Assembly (NCBI GenBank): GCA_907165135.1 | Contig: OU015568.1 | Location: 3,844,001-3,908,000 of the forward strand | DNA length: 64,000 nucleotides | From: Oikopleura dioica | Lineage: Eukaryota > Animalia > Chordata | Direction: 5' to 3' | Shown: in pieces, positions 36,950 to 49,988 of the stretch | Layout of the letters: every line of letters begins with the position of its first letter | Numbering within the stretch: position 1 is the stretch's first letter | Notes under the pieces: generated by a model | Databases searched by the model: none | What the model saw: the letters and a program-made list of their open reading frames with translations, nothing else | What the model was told of the DNA's origin: nothing | Made by a program: the position numbers and the translations under genes

Positions 36950-37926
36950 TTTTTAACTTCTCTATTGATATAAGTCCATCTTTCTTTCTCGCTATTGACT
37001 TTTGTCGATGGTCTTAATGACATTGTTCAAAATCCGAATCGTAAATCCGAATTTAGCGACTCTTTTCACATATAATTGTCCTCCAAGCACCTTTCATTTA
37101 TATCGCTGTCACATAAGAACACACCTGATGATGGGAAAATAGCCCATTTTCAATACTGAAGAAATTAATTAGAAAATAACCGACGTCATAAATTCTTCTT
37201 CGTAATTTTACCTTGTGGTCTTTGCGGATCAAAGTCTGACATTCTTGCGAATTAGACATAGATGTGGCAAGACGAGTATCAACTACTTTCCCAGAGGGTT
37301 CAAGAGCGGAAGTATTTTTTGTCTTCTTGGCAGGCTGTGCTTGGAAAGCTGTGTAGAAAATCTGAGTCAGGGTTTTGTAGAAAAAAATCTTTTTTTTTTT
37401 TGAGAAAGAGAGAGAAAAGCCGTCTTTTGAAAATCATGTTTATTGAAAATCATAAAACGCAGCTTAGAGAAAAGATTGTGGTTTTGACCGTGGCTTCTAT
37501 CCGGAAGGTTTCAGAATGAAACATGAGCAAGTGCCATTTACAAAAAGTCGAAAACGTGTCCTTGATGTGGCCGGCTCGGTTCCACCAGACTTGGTAGAAT
37601 GTCAATTAATCTTCTCTTTTCCTCAAAATTACCGTCAAACGTGATTTACGGATTTTCAGAAATTCGATCATTTTTTCTTTGCGTAAAATTTTGAATTTGT
37701 AAAATTACAAATTTGACAAGTTGTAACGGTTCTAACGTAATTTTGCTCGGATCGCCCCCTTGGCAAACCCGCCAAATCGCCTGCTTTCCCAAACCGCCCT
37801 GCTAGTTATGGGTTAAGCAAACGACGTTTCACACTTTTGAATGTGGGAACTCTAAAAAGAACTCTCCAGGAACCGCTTAAGAGGGTAACATTTGCTTGAA
37901 TTCGATGTTTTCTGACACTTCTTTAT

Positions 37927-39620
37927 TTACAAAACAAGTACAGTCGGAATTATAAGCAGCACAAAGCTTAAGACAAGACCTGTGGCCGAAGACTGATAGA
38001 CCGCAGCGTCGTTTTTGAGATAAAATTCCATGTTTCTTTGTTGTCGAATCAAATTTTCTTCGTATTTGTCAAAAAATTCATTCAGCGAAGTTCCATAATT
38101 CTCAATAAAAGATCCTTTTCTGAAGTCAGCTGATCCACAATCGCGTAAATTTCTTTCCCGACTTCGGAATTGATCAGTTTTTCGCACTCTTCTACCAGGC
38201 TTTCTTCTGAATCCCACTCTTCAAAATCGCTAGAACCGATTTCTTTTTCGAATTTTTCAATTTGTTCGAATTTTTCGATCGAAATTTCTTGCGCTGGATT
38301 TGCTCGGGAAAGACGATTGTCCATTATTGCATCGTAATTTGCGTCTGTGAAGATTTTCTTGAGCTCGCGAAGAATTGGGAAGACCTCCATCCATTCTGGT
38401 CGCGTGTTGAAGCTCGTGGTCTTATTTTTAGTTTTTATCAGAATTGAGAAATTGGGTAATTACCTTCGATGTCGGTATCTCATTGAGAGATATGATGGGC
38501 TCTTGTTTCAGAGTCATTAGTTCAGCAGGAGGTGGCGCTCCATCGGGGTCTTCGACGAGAGGTTGTGGTTCTTCTTCGACAGTTGTTGTTGTTGAGACCA
38601 AGGTCGATGATGATGATGTTGTTGAAGTTGATGAAGGTATGAGTTCTGTTTTTGCTGAAGTTGAACTTGAAGTTGCACTTGAACTTGTTGTTGCTGTTGT
38701 TGTTGAAGTCGTGGTTGTTGTAGTTGTCGTTGATTTTAAGGTAGTTGTTGATGTCGTTGTTGTCGTTGTTGTCGTTGTTGTCGTTGTTGTTGTTGATGTT
38801 GTTGTTGTTGTCATTGTTGTAGTAGTAGTTGAAGATGTTAATGTAGTAGTGGTTGTTGTTGTTGTCGTTGTTGTTGTAGTTGTCGGCGTTGTTGTAGTTA
38901 TCATTGAAGTCGATGAAGAAGTCGTAGTACTAGTTGTTGTTGTTGATGATGATGATGTTCTTGTTGCATCATTTTCAATTGATGTTTTTCTTACTTCAGT
39001 TGGAGCCTCAGTTATATCATCAAACTCAGACTCGATTTGGCTTGTAACCCGTTCAATATTCATGTACTCATCTGGCTGTGGTTCTTCGGCATCTGCAAAG
39101 AATAAGGATAGAATCGGAGAGCTTGTTGTTGGTTCTTCTGGTTGAACAGATGGTTTGAAGTTGAAAAATCGCTGATCAGCAAAGGCCTCAGAAGCGTTGT
39201 ATTCGTAGTAAACTACGCTTGTTTTTGGATCGATCGCTAAATTATGATAAATAACGGATCGGCGAGGAAGGAATTTTACTTGTTTCGAGTGGTTTTGGAG
39301 GAAGCGTCGTGGGCAAGGGAAGCCAAACTCGTTCCTCAGGATTTGGCCTTGTTCTCAGACGATTTCTGATGACTTGCTGGACGATTTCTGTCACTTCTTT
39401 TGTCAGCAGCTGCCCTTCTTTTTTGATGAACTCGGGAATCGAGTCCTGTGGATTTCCTTTTTCAAGATGCTTATCTATCAAAAATTTTAAGGGAAGTTAA
39501 TTTGAAGAACTTACTTATTCGCCGAAATAAAACTGCTTTTTGTTTTCTTGTCAGCCCCGCACTTTTTACTCTTCCCGACACTTGTGCACAAAGAAAAATT
39601 GAAAGCAAAAGAAGTTTCAT
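37927..39620 (-). CDS. Mucin-like protein: signal peptide, Thr/Ser-rich tract, C-terminal GPI-type hydrophobic tail
   Basis: MKLLLLSIFLCAQVSG; about 90-residue poly-Thr/Ser at 38580-38960; ends SSATGLVLSFVLLIIPTVLVL*. Confidence 0.8.
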
Positions 39621-39734
39621 TCTTCTTGATGGTTCTGCTCTAGAATCACTCTGAAAGCTCTCTTGCCACTGGGATCAACTTTTAACCAAGGCATTCATAT
39701 TAATAGCAAATCTCCGCGCGGCGTTAAATTTTCA

Positions 39735-40290
39735 ATGAGTCCTCCAGCAAGGTTTAGAAAACTCCAAAAGGGACCACGTGACAGTATAATACACTTCTGT
39801 ACGCTGGTTTAAAATTGATAGCAAGATAACTGTTAACTGTTCTCAATACTTTGAATGCAATTACTGTATTAGAAACCTATTCAATAAATAATGCGTTTTA
39901 GGTGCTGAAAAACCAACGATTGTACGAATTGATAGCGGCGTGATCACAATTTCGCCGAAAAAGCTCGCCGACCAAGATTCAAACAGCGAGTCCGACTCGG
40001 GTCTCGGCTCGGTTCAAGACTCAAACGACTCATCCTCCGCCGCTGATTCCGGAAAAGAAGAAACCCTCGGAAAGAGCGCTAGAGTCAAGCCAAAGCGATC
40101 CGAATCCCTGCTCAGTCGCTTTTCGATCATTTTCTCGCCGAGCTCGAGCGACAAATTGTCCGACATGCTCGTTGAGGATTTGAAAAAGACGAACAGATCG
40201 AACGGAATCGCGCTGGAGAGGCTTTTTGATGATAAAGGCGGAAAGATACCGGTCATTCCGGAGAATCCGAAATCTGAAGAAACGGACTAA
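39735..40290 (+). CDS. Small Ser/Asp-rich uncharacterised protein, two exons
   Basis: MSPPARFRKLQKGPRD spliced in phase to ORF 39940-40290. Confidence 0.4.
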
Positions 40291-40397
40291 TTTGAGACTT
40301 ATTATCATTTTTCTAGCAGAATTTTTTTGCATGAAGACTTCAATATGTTATCATGAATTCATTATTTTTATAATTTGTTATCACAAATTTTTGATGA

Positions 40398-40539
40398 AAG
40401 CCGCTTGCGGCTTTTCACTTTGACGAAAAACGTTCGCGAAAAATTGAGTCAAATTTTTCGCGGCTTTTTTGCAAAAAATATACTAAAAAGCCGCATGCGG
40501 CTTTTTTTCCTTGTTTTGATGAAAAGCCGCATGCGGCTT
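40398..40539. repeat. Cluster of AAGCCGCATGCGGCTT palindromes
   Basis: Perfect 16-bp palindromes at 40488-40503 and 40524-40539; a 1-mismatch copy at 40398-40413. Confidence 0.8.
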
Positions 40540-42375
40540 TAAATATATGATTTTGTTAGGTGGGCGGGTGAGTCGAGGAGTGATGAAAAAGGCACCAGTG
40601 ACAAAAATCGTTAACTTATCGGAAAAAAAGGATATAAAGGATAGTCAGATTAGAGGAAGCAAAAGATAGGCAAAAGAATAGTCATTTTAGTGGAAGAATC
40701 TCGGCGAGGTTCCTTCGGGTACTTGTGATGAGGCGGTCGCAAAGTGGCCGCGGTGAGTTTTGAGTTACTGGCTTACTGATAAGAAAGTGAGCCGCGATTC
40801 GGGTATTACGGTTCTCGTAACTTCCTTTTTTCCGGGACAAATGGGTTCAAATTTACAGAATCAATTGAACGTGGCCAAGCAAAGCAGGTTTAAAAACGCA
40901 AATAATAGGCTAAAATTATCATCTTTTTGAATTTTTATTATTTCAATAATTAGGATCAAGTGTTAAGAGTAAATATTTACACTTTTATTGACTAATTAAA
41001 TCATAGTTTAATTGACTTCGACAATTTTCTATGATATCCTCTTTAACCAGTAACGATAATTGTCAATTTAATGATAAATTTTTTATCTTATTTACATTTT
41101 TTTAATTTCTTTGAACAAGATTAAGAGTTCGAATGATTTTTTTACTAAATGAAAACTCAAATTTTGGGCTCAAAAAAAACGACATTTTTTAATTAACAAA
41201 AGTTCCCATTCATTTATTTTAATGAATCAATATTTTCTTGAACAAACGTTGAGCCCATGACAGGAGAGGTTCTTAATTAATCACATATTTTTCTGACTTT
41301 CACTAAGTGCCCTTGAAATAAATAGGAAACGAAAAACAATTGGCTTTTTTGAATTTTTCATAAGAACCCGAATAAGTAATCCAAAGCAAAGGTTTTCAAT
41401 TTTCTTTCATTTCGAAAATGAAAGAATTTTTTATTGATTTAGTAAATTTTAATTTTAATATTTATTTTTTGTTAACCTTGCCCTGCAGTAGTGCAGAAAA
41501 AACTGAAGAAGGTGACGTATCAATTTTTTTATTTTTGCCTGGAATTTCATGGAAATATTCTTTCAAGAACAAAAATTTCAATTTTATCTCTAGAAAAAAT
41601 CCTTCAAGCAGCTGTTCATGAAAGAAGAGCCCCTTCCAGAGGATTCTCAGACGACGGAGCCGGCGAAAAATACAAGTGCCACTCAGAATCAGGGATCTAG
41701 AATGATTTATCTAATTGTTATAATTATCAAATTTATATAAAAACATGAAGAGAGAACAGCTATATTTTCAGCAAGTGATCTTCATCCCTGCAAAGAACGG
41801 CTTTAACCCGCAATCGACGCCCGAACTGGAACACGAGTCTCGAGATCAGAAGAAGCAAAAGCGCCGACAGAAGCGACGCCAAGTCCAAAAGAAAATTGGT
41901 ATTTATTGAAAGCGAAGATTAACATTCCGTAGCGACGTTGTCTAAATAGATCGATTCGAGTTGCAAACTTGTACATCTAGTACTTTTCGACTGTTTTTAG
42001 TGAACCTTCAACTCTTAATTTCACTTTTCAGAAAACTGCGACGAGAGCAGCAGACGAGAAAGCCTTTCCAACTAACTCAACCGAGGCTTGAACAAAGATT
42101 CCCAGCAATATCACTTAGCAAACCCTCGCAGCAAAAAAATTGTACCGTACATATTTCTTACACTCTTTCCTTTCTTTCCAGAACTGTAAATAATGAACAT
42201 TCTTATTTTTACATTTCTCGGCGTTTCTTGAAATCAAGGAAGAAAATTGGGGGTTTCAATGAGATGAATTTTTTATTTGCTCCTAGAGAGAAAAACAAGG
42301 AGAAAGATAGTTTGTCTGGCAAGGTGAAGGGTTTTTTGAAAATGTGTATGTGTGTTGATTTCGATTTTGGTGAAA

Positions 42376-43093
42376 TTAGGCGAGGAGTCCGTTGAAAACG
42401 TTGAGCTGGAACTTGGCGAGCTCGAAGAGGGTGCCGGTGCTGGCATCTCCGTCGGTCTGAAAGATTATTTAAGGATGCCGTCTCTTTTCATTATCTCTTA
42501 CCTGAGCATCAGCCCAAGCAGCCTGCATGGCCTGAACCTTCTCGGGGGTAAGATCAACGCCGAACTTGTCAGCTCGGGTCTCGAACATAGCTCGCCAGTC
42601 GGAGAGTTCTTGTCCGGAGAGGATGCCGTCGTCGTTGGAGTCGTAGGCCTTGAGGAGGACCTTGGCGTTGGTTCCGACGAAGGCAGCGATGCCGCCCTTG
42701 AATTCGTTCTCGCTGAAGCCGCCGGAGCCGTCTCGGTCGATGACGTCCCAGTATTTGACGCCGAAGTCGTAGAGGTACTGCTTGGTGCCTTCTTGCATGC
42801 CTTGATTTTGTTAGTCAAGAGACTGACGATTTTTCAATATTCTTACCGAAGTGGTTGGCAGCGGCGGCGGCGCAAGCAGTGAACTCAGCGCCAGAGACCT
42901 CATCGGAACCGTCAGCGTTGCAGAAGTTCCAGAGAGCGTCGTATCGGTTGCCCATCGAGACGGCGGCGTTTCGGAAGTCCTCGGGGTTGGCGGAAGCCCA
43001 GGCGTAGACTTCCTGAGCGGCTTGCCACCAGTTCTCGACGAGCCAGGCGGGGCTGGCCTGGGCAAGAGCGACGATGGCGGCGGCGACCTTCAT
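42376..43093 (-). CDS. Secreted EF-hand calcium-binding protein, about 208 aa
   Basis: Signal peptide MKVAAAIVALAQA; loops NADGSDEVSGAE, DRDGSGGFSENE, DSNDDGILSGQE; three exons; GC-rich codons suggest high expression. Confidence 0.85.
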
Positions 43094-43675
43094 GTTTTAT
43101 CGAGAACTAGAAATTTCTTTAATTTAGTTTTTGAAGAAAAATCTCTCAAAAAATATCTCTTGTAGAAAAATCGAAAGCTTACCTTGTTTTTGGTTATCTA
43201 TTCGACAACTGAAGATCTGCTCCACTCGACGCTGGTTATAAAGGTTGACTTGTTTGCTCATGTGTTGGTTCGTTTCCGATCACGCCACTGCGGCGACAAA
43301 CAAGAACTATTTGTTCTAAGCTTCCGTAGCTCCCAAGAAAAGAAAAACACCAACCCGGCTCAGGCGGGTTCCTCGCTCGCTTAAAGACTTACTGTATTCT
43401 AAGGTACCTTAATTGAGTGCCAAAGTCAAGGTTATTCTCCCACAAGCAAATATAAAGCTAGATATATTCTTATTTGACCAAACCAATTAATCAAAAAACG
43501 GGTTAATCTCGTTTCTTTCGCAATTTCTTTTCCTTGGCAAAAGAAATGAGTGCCTAAGATTCTCATAAAAAAGAATAAAATAATTTATGGGAGGTATTTA
43601 CTTCACGACTGAATGCGCATATCCATGAAGATATCTAAGATATCATATCTTGAACATTGCCAGTTGTAAACGACC

Positions 43676-44523
43676 ATGATGGAGACAAAAGAAAGAATTA
43701 AAATTCCAAAACCAAGCAAGAAACAGCTCGTTCCCGCAATTTTGATCGTAATAGGTAAAAACAATTCCTTGTTTTAAAAGCTAAAATTATAATCGTATCA
43801 TTTTCAAAAGTACTCCTCGCAAGTTTTTTCTGCTGGCTTGCGATGTTTGATTTCAACATTGTCGAAAAATCTCACGAAGAATGGGAAACAGCGAGAATCG
43901 AAGAAGCCATCAACCAGAATAAAGAAATGATGAAAAAATTGGCGGATGATTGGGGATTTTTTGATTTCCGGGGTAAGATTTTTACGCAGATTTTATTTAC
44001 AACTTTTCTTTTCAAAGGTGATCATGGTTTTGCTCAACGAGGGGGGCCCTTCCAAGTTTACGACGATTATGCTAAGGAATTCACAATATTTTAATTTTTT
44101 CTCAAATTCGAATACAATAGAATATTGTCAAAAAGCCCCTTCCGTACCGAAAAAATTCGACGTAGCATTGTTTAAGGGAGAAATTAGGAATCCGTCATTT
44201 TCTCCGTCTCCGATTCCCTTTTCAACCTTTGCCTCGTCCTCGACTTCAACGACAACTGTATTCAGCTAATCAATTGATTCGTCACTTTCTTTGATTTCAA
44301 TTAAACATTTAAGCCTCATTCTACAACCTCTACTATGGCTTCGACATCGACCCCGTTGACTAGGACCACAATAACTACACTTTCTTCAACAACAACTCTT
44401 TCCACAATATCATTTGATTCCTTTTCACCATCGACAGCCGGTTCAACAACCTGGCCAACCACGACAACTTTACCTACTACAACAACTCAAACCACAACCA
44501 TGCTTCCCCAAAATATTGCCTGA
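43676..44523 (+). CDS. Type II membrane protein with a Thr-rich C-terminus, uncharacterised
   Basis: KPSKKQLVPAILI|VLLASFFCWLAMF signal-anchor across an intron; Thr-rich last exon. Confidence 0.45.
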
Positions 44524-44740
44524 GTCATCAAACCCAGAGAATACACCAAGAAGCTCGTTTAATGTTATCTTTTCTGGACCCTTGTTTGAAATGTTCAAAA
44601 AATATCTCAGAATACTTGAGCTTTGTTATCATAATAAAATTTCAAGTACGCAAGTCGATCGCTAAAGAGCTTATTTTACTTTTGATACGTAGCTTTTACT
44701 CTTTTGAGTTTTCGATAAATATTTCTTAGAGAACCGAAAA

Positions 44741-45568
44741 ATGCAGAAAAGGGCCTAAATCGTTAATTTTTTTATTCAAATTAACAAAAAAATAAGCCCG
44801 AATCAGTCTATTTTCATTTTTCTTTGCTTCATCAAAATCGCATTATCCATCGACTGTTTTTCTTGTGTCTACGTTGAAACTAGCAATTTTACTTTTGGCG
44901 ATGAAAATTGCGCTTTTGGAGAAAACGAGGTAAGTCCTCCCTTTGAGCTCATTTAAATCTGCCTGAAGATTGCTTGGGAAACCTGTGAAGACGACGTTAG
45001 CGGCTGTTTTTCGCTAGAATTAATGGGCAGCATGAATTCTACCTTTTTCGCCAACTCTACTGCCCTAGCTGTTCAGCGAGGGTGCATGCTTCCAGGTACT
45101 GAAAAGACAGTAAGCTTGTTTTTGAGAAAGAATTCTAGATGTTGAATTTTGCGGAGAACAGCTTTTCCGAATGGTGGAGCTAAATCTCATTGACAACATT
45201 GGCGAGGCGTTCGGATTTAACACGACCAGCTTCAACTTGTCCGACCCTTTCCTCTCTGCAAATTTTACTGGTAAATAGAAATAGCTTTGAAGGCACAAAC
45301 AGATGATGTCAATTTGAGAACCAAATATGACTTGCTGTTTCGACGACTTTTGCAATTGCGACTTTTGTCAACAAGTGGGGCTCACTTTGCCGCCAACCAC
45401 GTTGCCTGTTTTTACTACTCAAGGTATTCAGACCATCGAAGTAATAATCGTTAATGAATTCTAGCGACAACAACGTCGCCAGTAACCCTACCTCCTCCTG
45501 TCTTATCTGGCCAGAAAGCTCATTATATATCAATTCTTTTTCTGCTGAAAATTTTTGCTACTTACTAA
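44741..45568 (+). CDS. Ly6/uPAR (three-finger) GPI-anchored protein
   Basis: Spliced exons give ALSIDCFSC...NC...TC...GCF...RGC...FC...NMTCCFDDFCN, then a Thr/Pro stalk and a hydrophobic tail. Not in the ORF track because the exons are short; the first exon is tentative. Confidence 0.7.
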
Positions 45569-45684
45569 ACAAAAATCCAGACCAAAAGGTTGATAAAGTT
45601 TTTTTATTTTTGATTCTCAATGCTGTTTATTTTTTATTTCAGATTCAGATATAATTTTTTTTTTTACATTTTTCAATTCTTCGA

Positions 45685-46686
45685 TCACAGAATGCAAACT
45701 CCAGGAAATCTACAAATGGTTATTTTTATCGAATAAAGGGTCGAATATTACCTAGCACCCGGATAAGCAAGAACATACTCATTTGGTTTGTAAATCAAAT
45801 TCGATGTCCAGGAAATTCCTGCTGGCACTTCTGGTTGTCCACGGCACCACGAGAAACCTGTTTTTCCTTCTATGTCTTCAGTGAAATTTCGCCCGATGTG
45901 TAAGCTGGTAGAATGATGTCAAAAGGAGAAATGATAATGAACACTTTACCCTTTTACATTATAGGGCGAACCGAAATGAATCCAAGTTTTTTCTTTAAAA
46001 TTTTGATTCCAAAGTTGATACTTTTCGACGAAGCTTTGGTTGAGCTGAAGATATTCGCAATCCGGAGTGACATTGGAATCTAAAATTTTTACTCGACCAA
46101 GCTCATCGAAAACATCATTGTCGCAAATGAATTCTCGGGGGTCGGGAGAAAAATGCTCAAGAACTGGAGGATTTCTGCTCAGAATCATGCACGAATAATT
46201 GAACCGACTTAGATATTCGCCCATCAGGATTTGAACTTCTTTTTCCCTTATTGGAGCCGTAAACTATAAGAATATGATATGAGATACATTTGTAAACAGT
46301 GATTTTTTTCAAGCCTTTTCGAATGTTTCTTGCAGATTCGCGTCATCGAAGTTCGTGTCGTTTCCAAGTTCAATCCAGTAGCTCTCCTCAATCAGACATT
46401 GTGGACTCGTTGCGCGGTTCCACGTAAGTTTTCCGTCTCTTTCCATGCACTTGCTCCTCACATCTTCATAAAAGCCATTTTCAATCAGGAAAGCGTCATA
46501 CTCTTTGTTTCCAATCTCTACCGTTACTGTTATCTCCAGCTTCGTAAAGTTGTCAAAATTCAGCTCGATAGTCTCATCAACTTCCAAGGATCGGTTTCCG
46601 GCAAAAATATGAAGAATGAGTCCGGCAATTAGACTCAACACCGTCAAAATCAAAAGTATTATTGAGCAAAAAATAATTTTTTTCAT
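45685..46686 (-). CDS. Type II membrane protein with divergent C-type-lectin-like domains, copy 1
   Basis: N-terminal anchor; EYDAFLIENGFYEDVRSKCMERDGKL; KTWIHF; FSWCRGQP; ends GVCIL*. Confidence 0.6.
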
Positions 46687-46882
46687 TTTTGGACTTTCAA
46701 TAACGGGTAGTTGGTAAGTTCTACTTATGTGCTCTCAGCTATTATTAATTGTCAATAAAACTTTTCCAGGCATGGAGAAGGCTTTCATAACCCCATAATA
46801 AAACATATTTAGATAAAAAATCTTCCAGCACGGTATAATATTGGAAAAAGAAAGATGATTTGATTAGGAGGAATCCTAATTC

Positions 46883-47573
46883 TTAAGGGATCCCCCGTTT
46901 TGGCCATTTTCAACTGGAAATTCAGCCGATTTGGGCTGATGAATTGGGGCGTATAATAGCTCTACGGATAGCCCAGGTGCTATCCGCTATTCTCTAGTAC
47001 AGAGAAGTTTTTGCTCAAGGCAAACCTTCCACTAGGAGGCGTCAAAGTTCGAAAATTTCGAAAAAAGGCCATTTTAGGCCATTTTTGACTCGAAATTCAG
47101 CCGATTTGGGCTGAGATAACCAAGATCTGAAAAAAGATTCAGATAGAAGGAAGCCTTATCTTCAATCTCTAGTACAGAGAACTGATTTTGTCAAGTAATA
47201 AAAAAATTTTCTTAAGAACAACCAAATGTACCCATTTATTGCGTTTTTTAGTGTTTTTTTGCTCTCTAGCGCCAACATAAGGCTGATATTTCCAGTGCGG
47301 TTATAATATTCTTTTTCAGTGCGTTCTAAGCTTTCGATAGACCCCTTATATGTCTTATTTCGATGACATTGAAAAACCGAAAAAAAAATCGATTTTTACG
47401 CAAAGTACAATTTACATGCATTTTCGAAATTTTCGAAGGCTTATATTTTGAGGAAATATCTTCGTAGAGGGGGCATATGATACATCAAAATGATCCTCAG
47501 AACACGAGGAATCTGAAAATATCAAATATAGACTCTTACAAAGCACTTGAAAAAACAGGGGGGGATCCCTTAA
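46883..47573. mobile_element. TTAA-flanked (Kolobok-like) MITE, third family
   Basis: TTAAGGGATCCCCC / GGGGGATCCCTTAA ends; internal direct repeat ATTCAGCCGATTTGGGCTGA. Confidence 0.8.
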
Positions 47574-47584
47574 GGAGGGGCTAA

Positions 47585-47739
47585 TGTCGAACTGCGATTC
47601 TTCGTTCGCGACAAATTATCATGGAACATCCATGAGAAAAATAAGCCAATCAGAGTCCTTTATTTGGTCTACCTGCCAATCAGTGGCCAGTATTTTTTTC
47701 GGGAAAAAGTTGTCGCAAATGAAGAATCGCGGTTTGACA
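47585..47739. mobile_element. Small MITE with 30-bp TIRs enclosing paired CCAAT boxes
   Basis: TGTCGAACTGCGATTCTTCGTTCGCGACAA mirrored by TTGTCGCAAATGAAGAATCGCGGTTTGACA. Confidence 0.7.
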
Positions 47740-47777
47740 CTTTCCCGAATGAAGAAATACTATTTAATGAATTCTAG

Positions 47778-47860
47778 CGACATCAACGTCGCCTGTCTCT
47801 CTGCCTCCTTCTGTCCTATCTGGCCAGAATCTCGCTGAACATTTTTGCTTTATTAACTAA
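47778..47860 (+). pseudogene. Orphan duplicate of the last exon of the Ly6/uPAR gene
   Basis: Matches 45465-45568 and its acceptor GAATTCTAG; upstream exons are absent and MITEs occupy that position. Confidence 0.7.
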
Positions 47861-47954
47861 AAATCCAGGCCGAAGATCAGTAAATTAATAATTTTGAAAT
47901 AATAAACTTATTTGAATGTTTCTTTATTTCGGATTCAGATGAAATACGGCATTT

Positions 47955-48971
47955 TCAATTCTTTAGTCTCAGAATGCAAACTCCAGCGAATCTATTAATG
48001 TTTTTATCAAAAGAAAAGACAAACAACTACTTTGAACCAGAATAAGCAAGTCTGTACCATCTCTTGTGCTCATCTGGTTTGTAAATCAAATTCGATGTCC
48101 ATGAAATTCCTGCAGGCAATTCTGGTTGCCCAGGGCACCACGAGAAGCCTGTTTGGTCTTCTATGTCTTCGGTGAAATTACTACCGATGTGTAAGCTGTA
48201 AGAATGATATCAAAAGCAGAAATGATAATGAAAACTTTACCCTTTTACAGTAAGGGGCGAACGGAAGTCAATCCAAGTTTTGTTTTTAAAATTTTGATCC
48301 CAAAGTTGATGTTTTTCGACGAAGCTTTGATTCAGCTGAAGGTACTCGCAATCTGGAGAGACGTTGGAATCAACAATTTTTACTCGGCCAAGATCATCGA
48401 GAACATCATCTCGGCAAATAAATTCTCGGGGGTTTAGAGAAATAGGCACAAGAACCGGAGGCGGTCTTCTGAGAATCATGCACGAATGATTAAATCGACT
48501 AAGATATTTGCTCATGATGATTTGTACTTCTTTTTTGTCCATTGGAGCCATAAACTATTTAAATATGGTATTAGACACTTTCACTATGACTTTTTCAACC
48601 TTTTCGAATGTTTCGTTCAAATTCGCATCATCAAACTTCGTGTCATTTCCAAGCTCAATCCAGTGGCTTTTCTCAAACAAACCATCTTTACTCGTTGCCT
48701 TGTTCCACGCGAGTTTTCCGCCTTTTTCCTCACACTCGGTCTTTACATCTTCGAAAGAGCCATCTTCAATCAGGAAAGCGTCGTATTCTTTGTTGCCAAT
48801 CTCTAGCGTTATTGTTTCCGCCAGCTTCGTAAAGTTGTCAAAATTCAGTTCGATGGTCTCATCAACTTCAAGGGATTGATCCTTGGTAAAAATGTAAAAA
48901 ATCGTTCCGGCGATAAGACTCAGCACCGTCATAGTCAAAAGAATCATTGAGCAGAAAACTATTTTCTTCAT
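47955..48971 (-). CDS. Type II membrane protein with divergent C-type-lectin-like domains, copy 2
   Basis: Colinear paralog of 45685-46686 with the same intron positions; FSWCPGQP; ends GVCILRLKN*. Confidence 0.6.
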
Positions 48972-49988
48972 TTTCGGACTTTGAATAATGGGTAAGTGGA
49001 CTGTTCTACTTAGAGTTTAAAATATACACTCGGATATCATTTATTGTCAATAAAGCTTTTTCAGGCGTAGAGTAAAAAAGCTTCCATACTCTATAATAAA
49101 ACATACTTGATAAAATTCTGTCAGTATAATAAATATTTATGTAGTAAGAAAGATGATTTGATTCAGAGGATGATCATTTTTTGGATTAGCACTTTTGGTA
49201 ATGCAATAAAATGACGTTCGCGCCAACTCACCAAGAGCAAGAACACCCAAGCTTCGATCTTCTCAAAATCGTATGAATTGGCGCAAAGAAGGAAATTAAT
49301 AAATGAGTCCCGGGGCGTCATGACCTTCGATCAATCCCGCTCTTCTTTGTCATCGCTCAGGAGGGGCTCCTTTTCCGCTGTATAGAAAAACAACCAAATT
49401 TGCCGGAGTTCGAAAAGAAAGACGCGTGCTAGAAATAGATTTATAAACATCAAACGGGGCCACAAATCATTATTACGGTTTTTTTATGGCGTCGCTAATC
49501 GGCGCATATTTTACGCCATTATTTCGCTACGTGAGTTTTTGCGCTTTCGCGAAGCGAAAGTGGCTTCTTTTGTCAACACGCAAGCGCTCGAAATTTTTCG
49601 GTTTTCAAGAAAATAGGTGCTCTATTAGATATATCGGTAATACTAAAAGTCAACGATTTTGATCCCTTAAATAACGATTAATAAATTTATATAACCAACA
49701 AAAAATATCAGAATTATGGTTTTCCCCAAAAAGTCACTTTTTCGTGGCTCTTTTTTCGGCATTTTTACTGTCAATTAATCTCGCTTTGATTGAAGTTCAG
49801 CACGAGCAGGACGGAGGTAGCGCTATTTCTCTGGAGAGTATTCGGCGCAGAGGGCCTGGTTAAGATAATCGCACCTAGTCACGTCTCAGCTTTAAAATTA
49901 TCGATACTTTTCCAGTTTTCGCAAAACGAGCTCAGGCCAGAAACAAAGACGGTTTAGATTTTTGATAAAAACAACAACGAGGAGAAAA

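Noticed and set aside
38444-39145. 233-aa poly-Val ORF on the + strand
   Set aside because: Antisense shadow of the poly-Thr mucin exon.
42352-43165. Several overlapping + strand and alternative-frame ORFs
   Set aside because: Shadows of the GC-rich EF-hand gene on the - strand.
49200-49988. CArG boxes expected upstream of a transgelin gene
   Set aside because: No CC(A/T)6GG found by eye, so no regulatory site was called.
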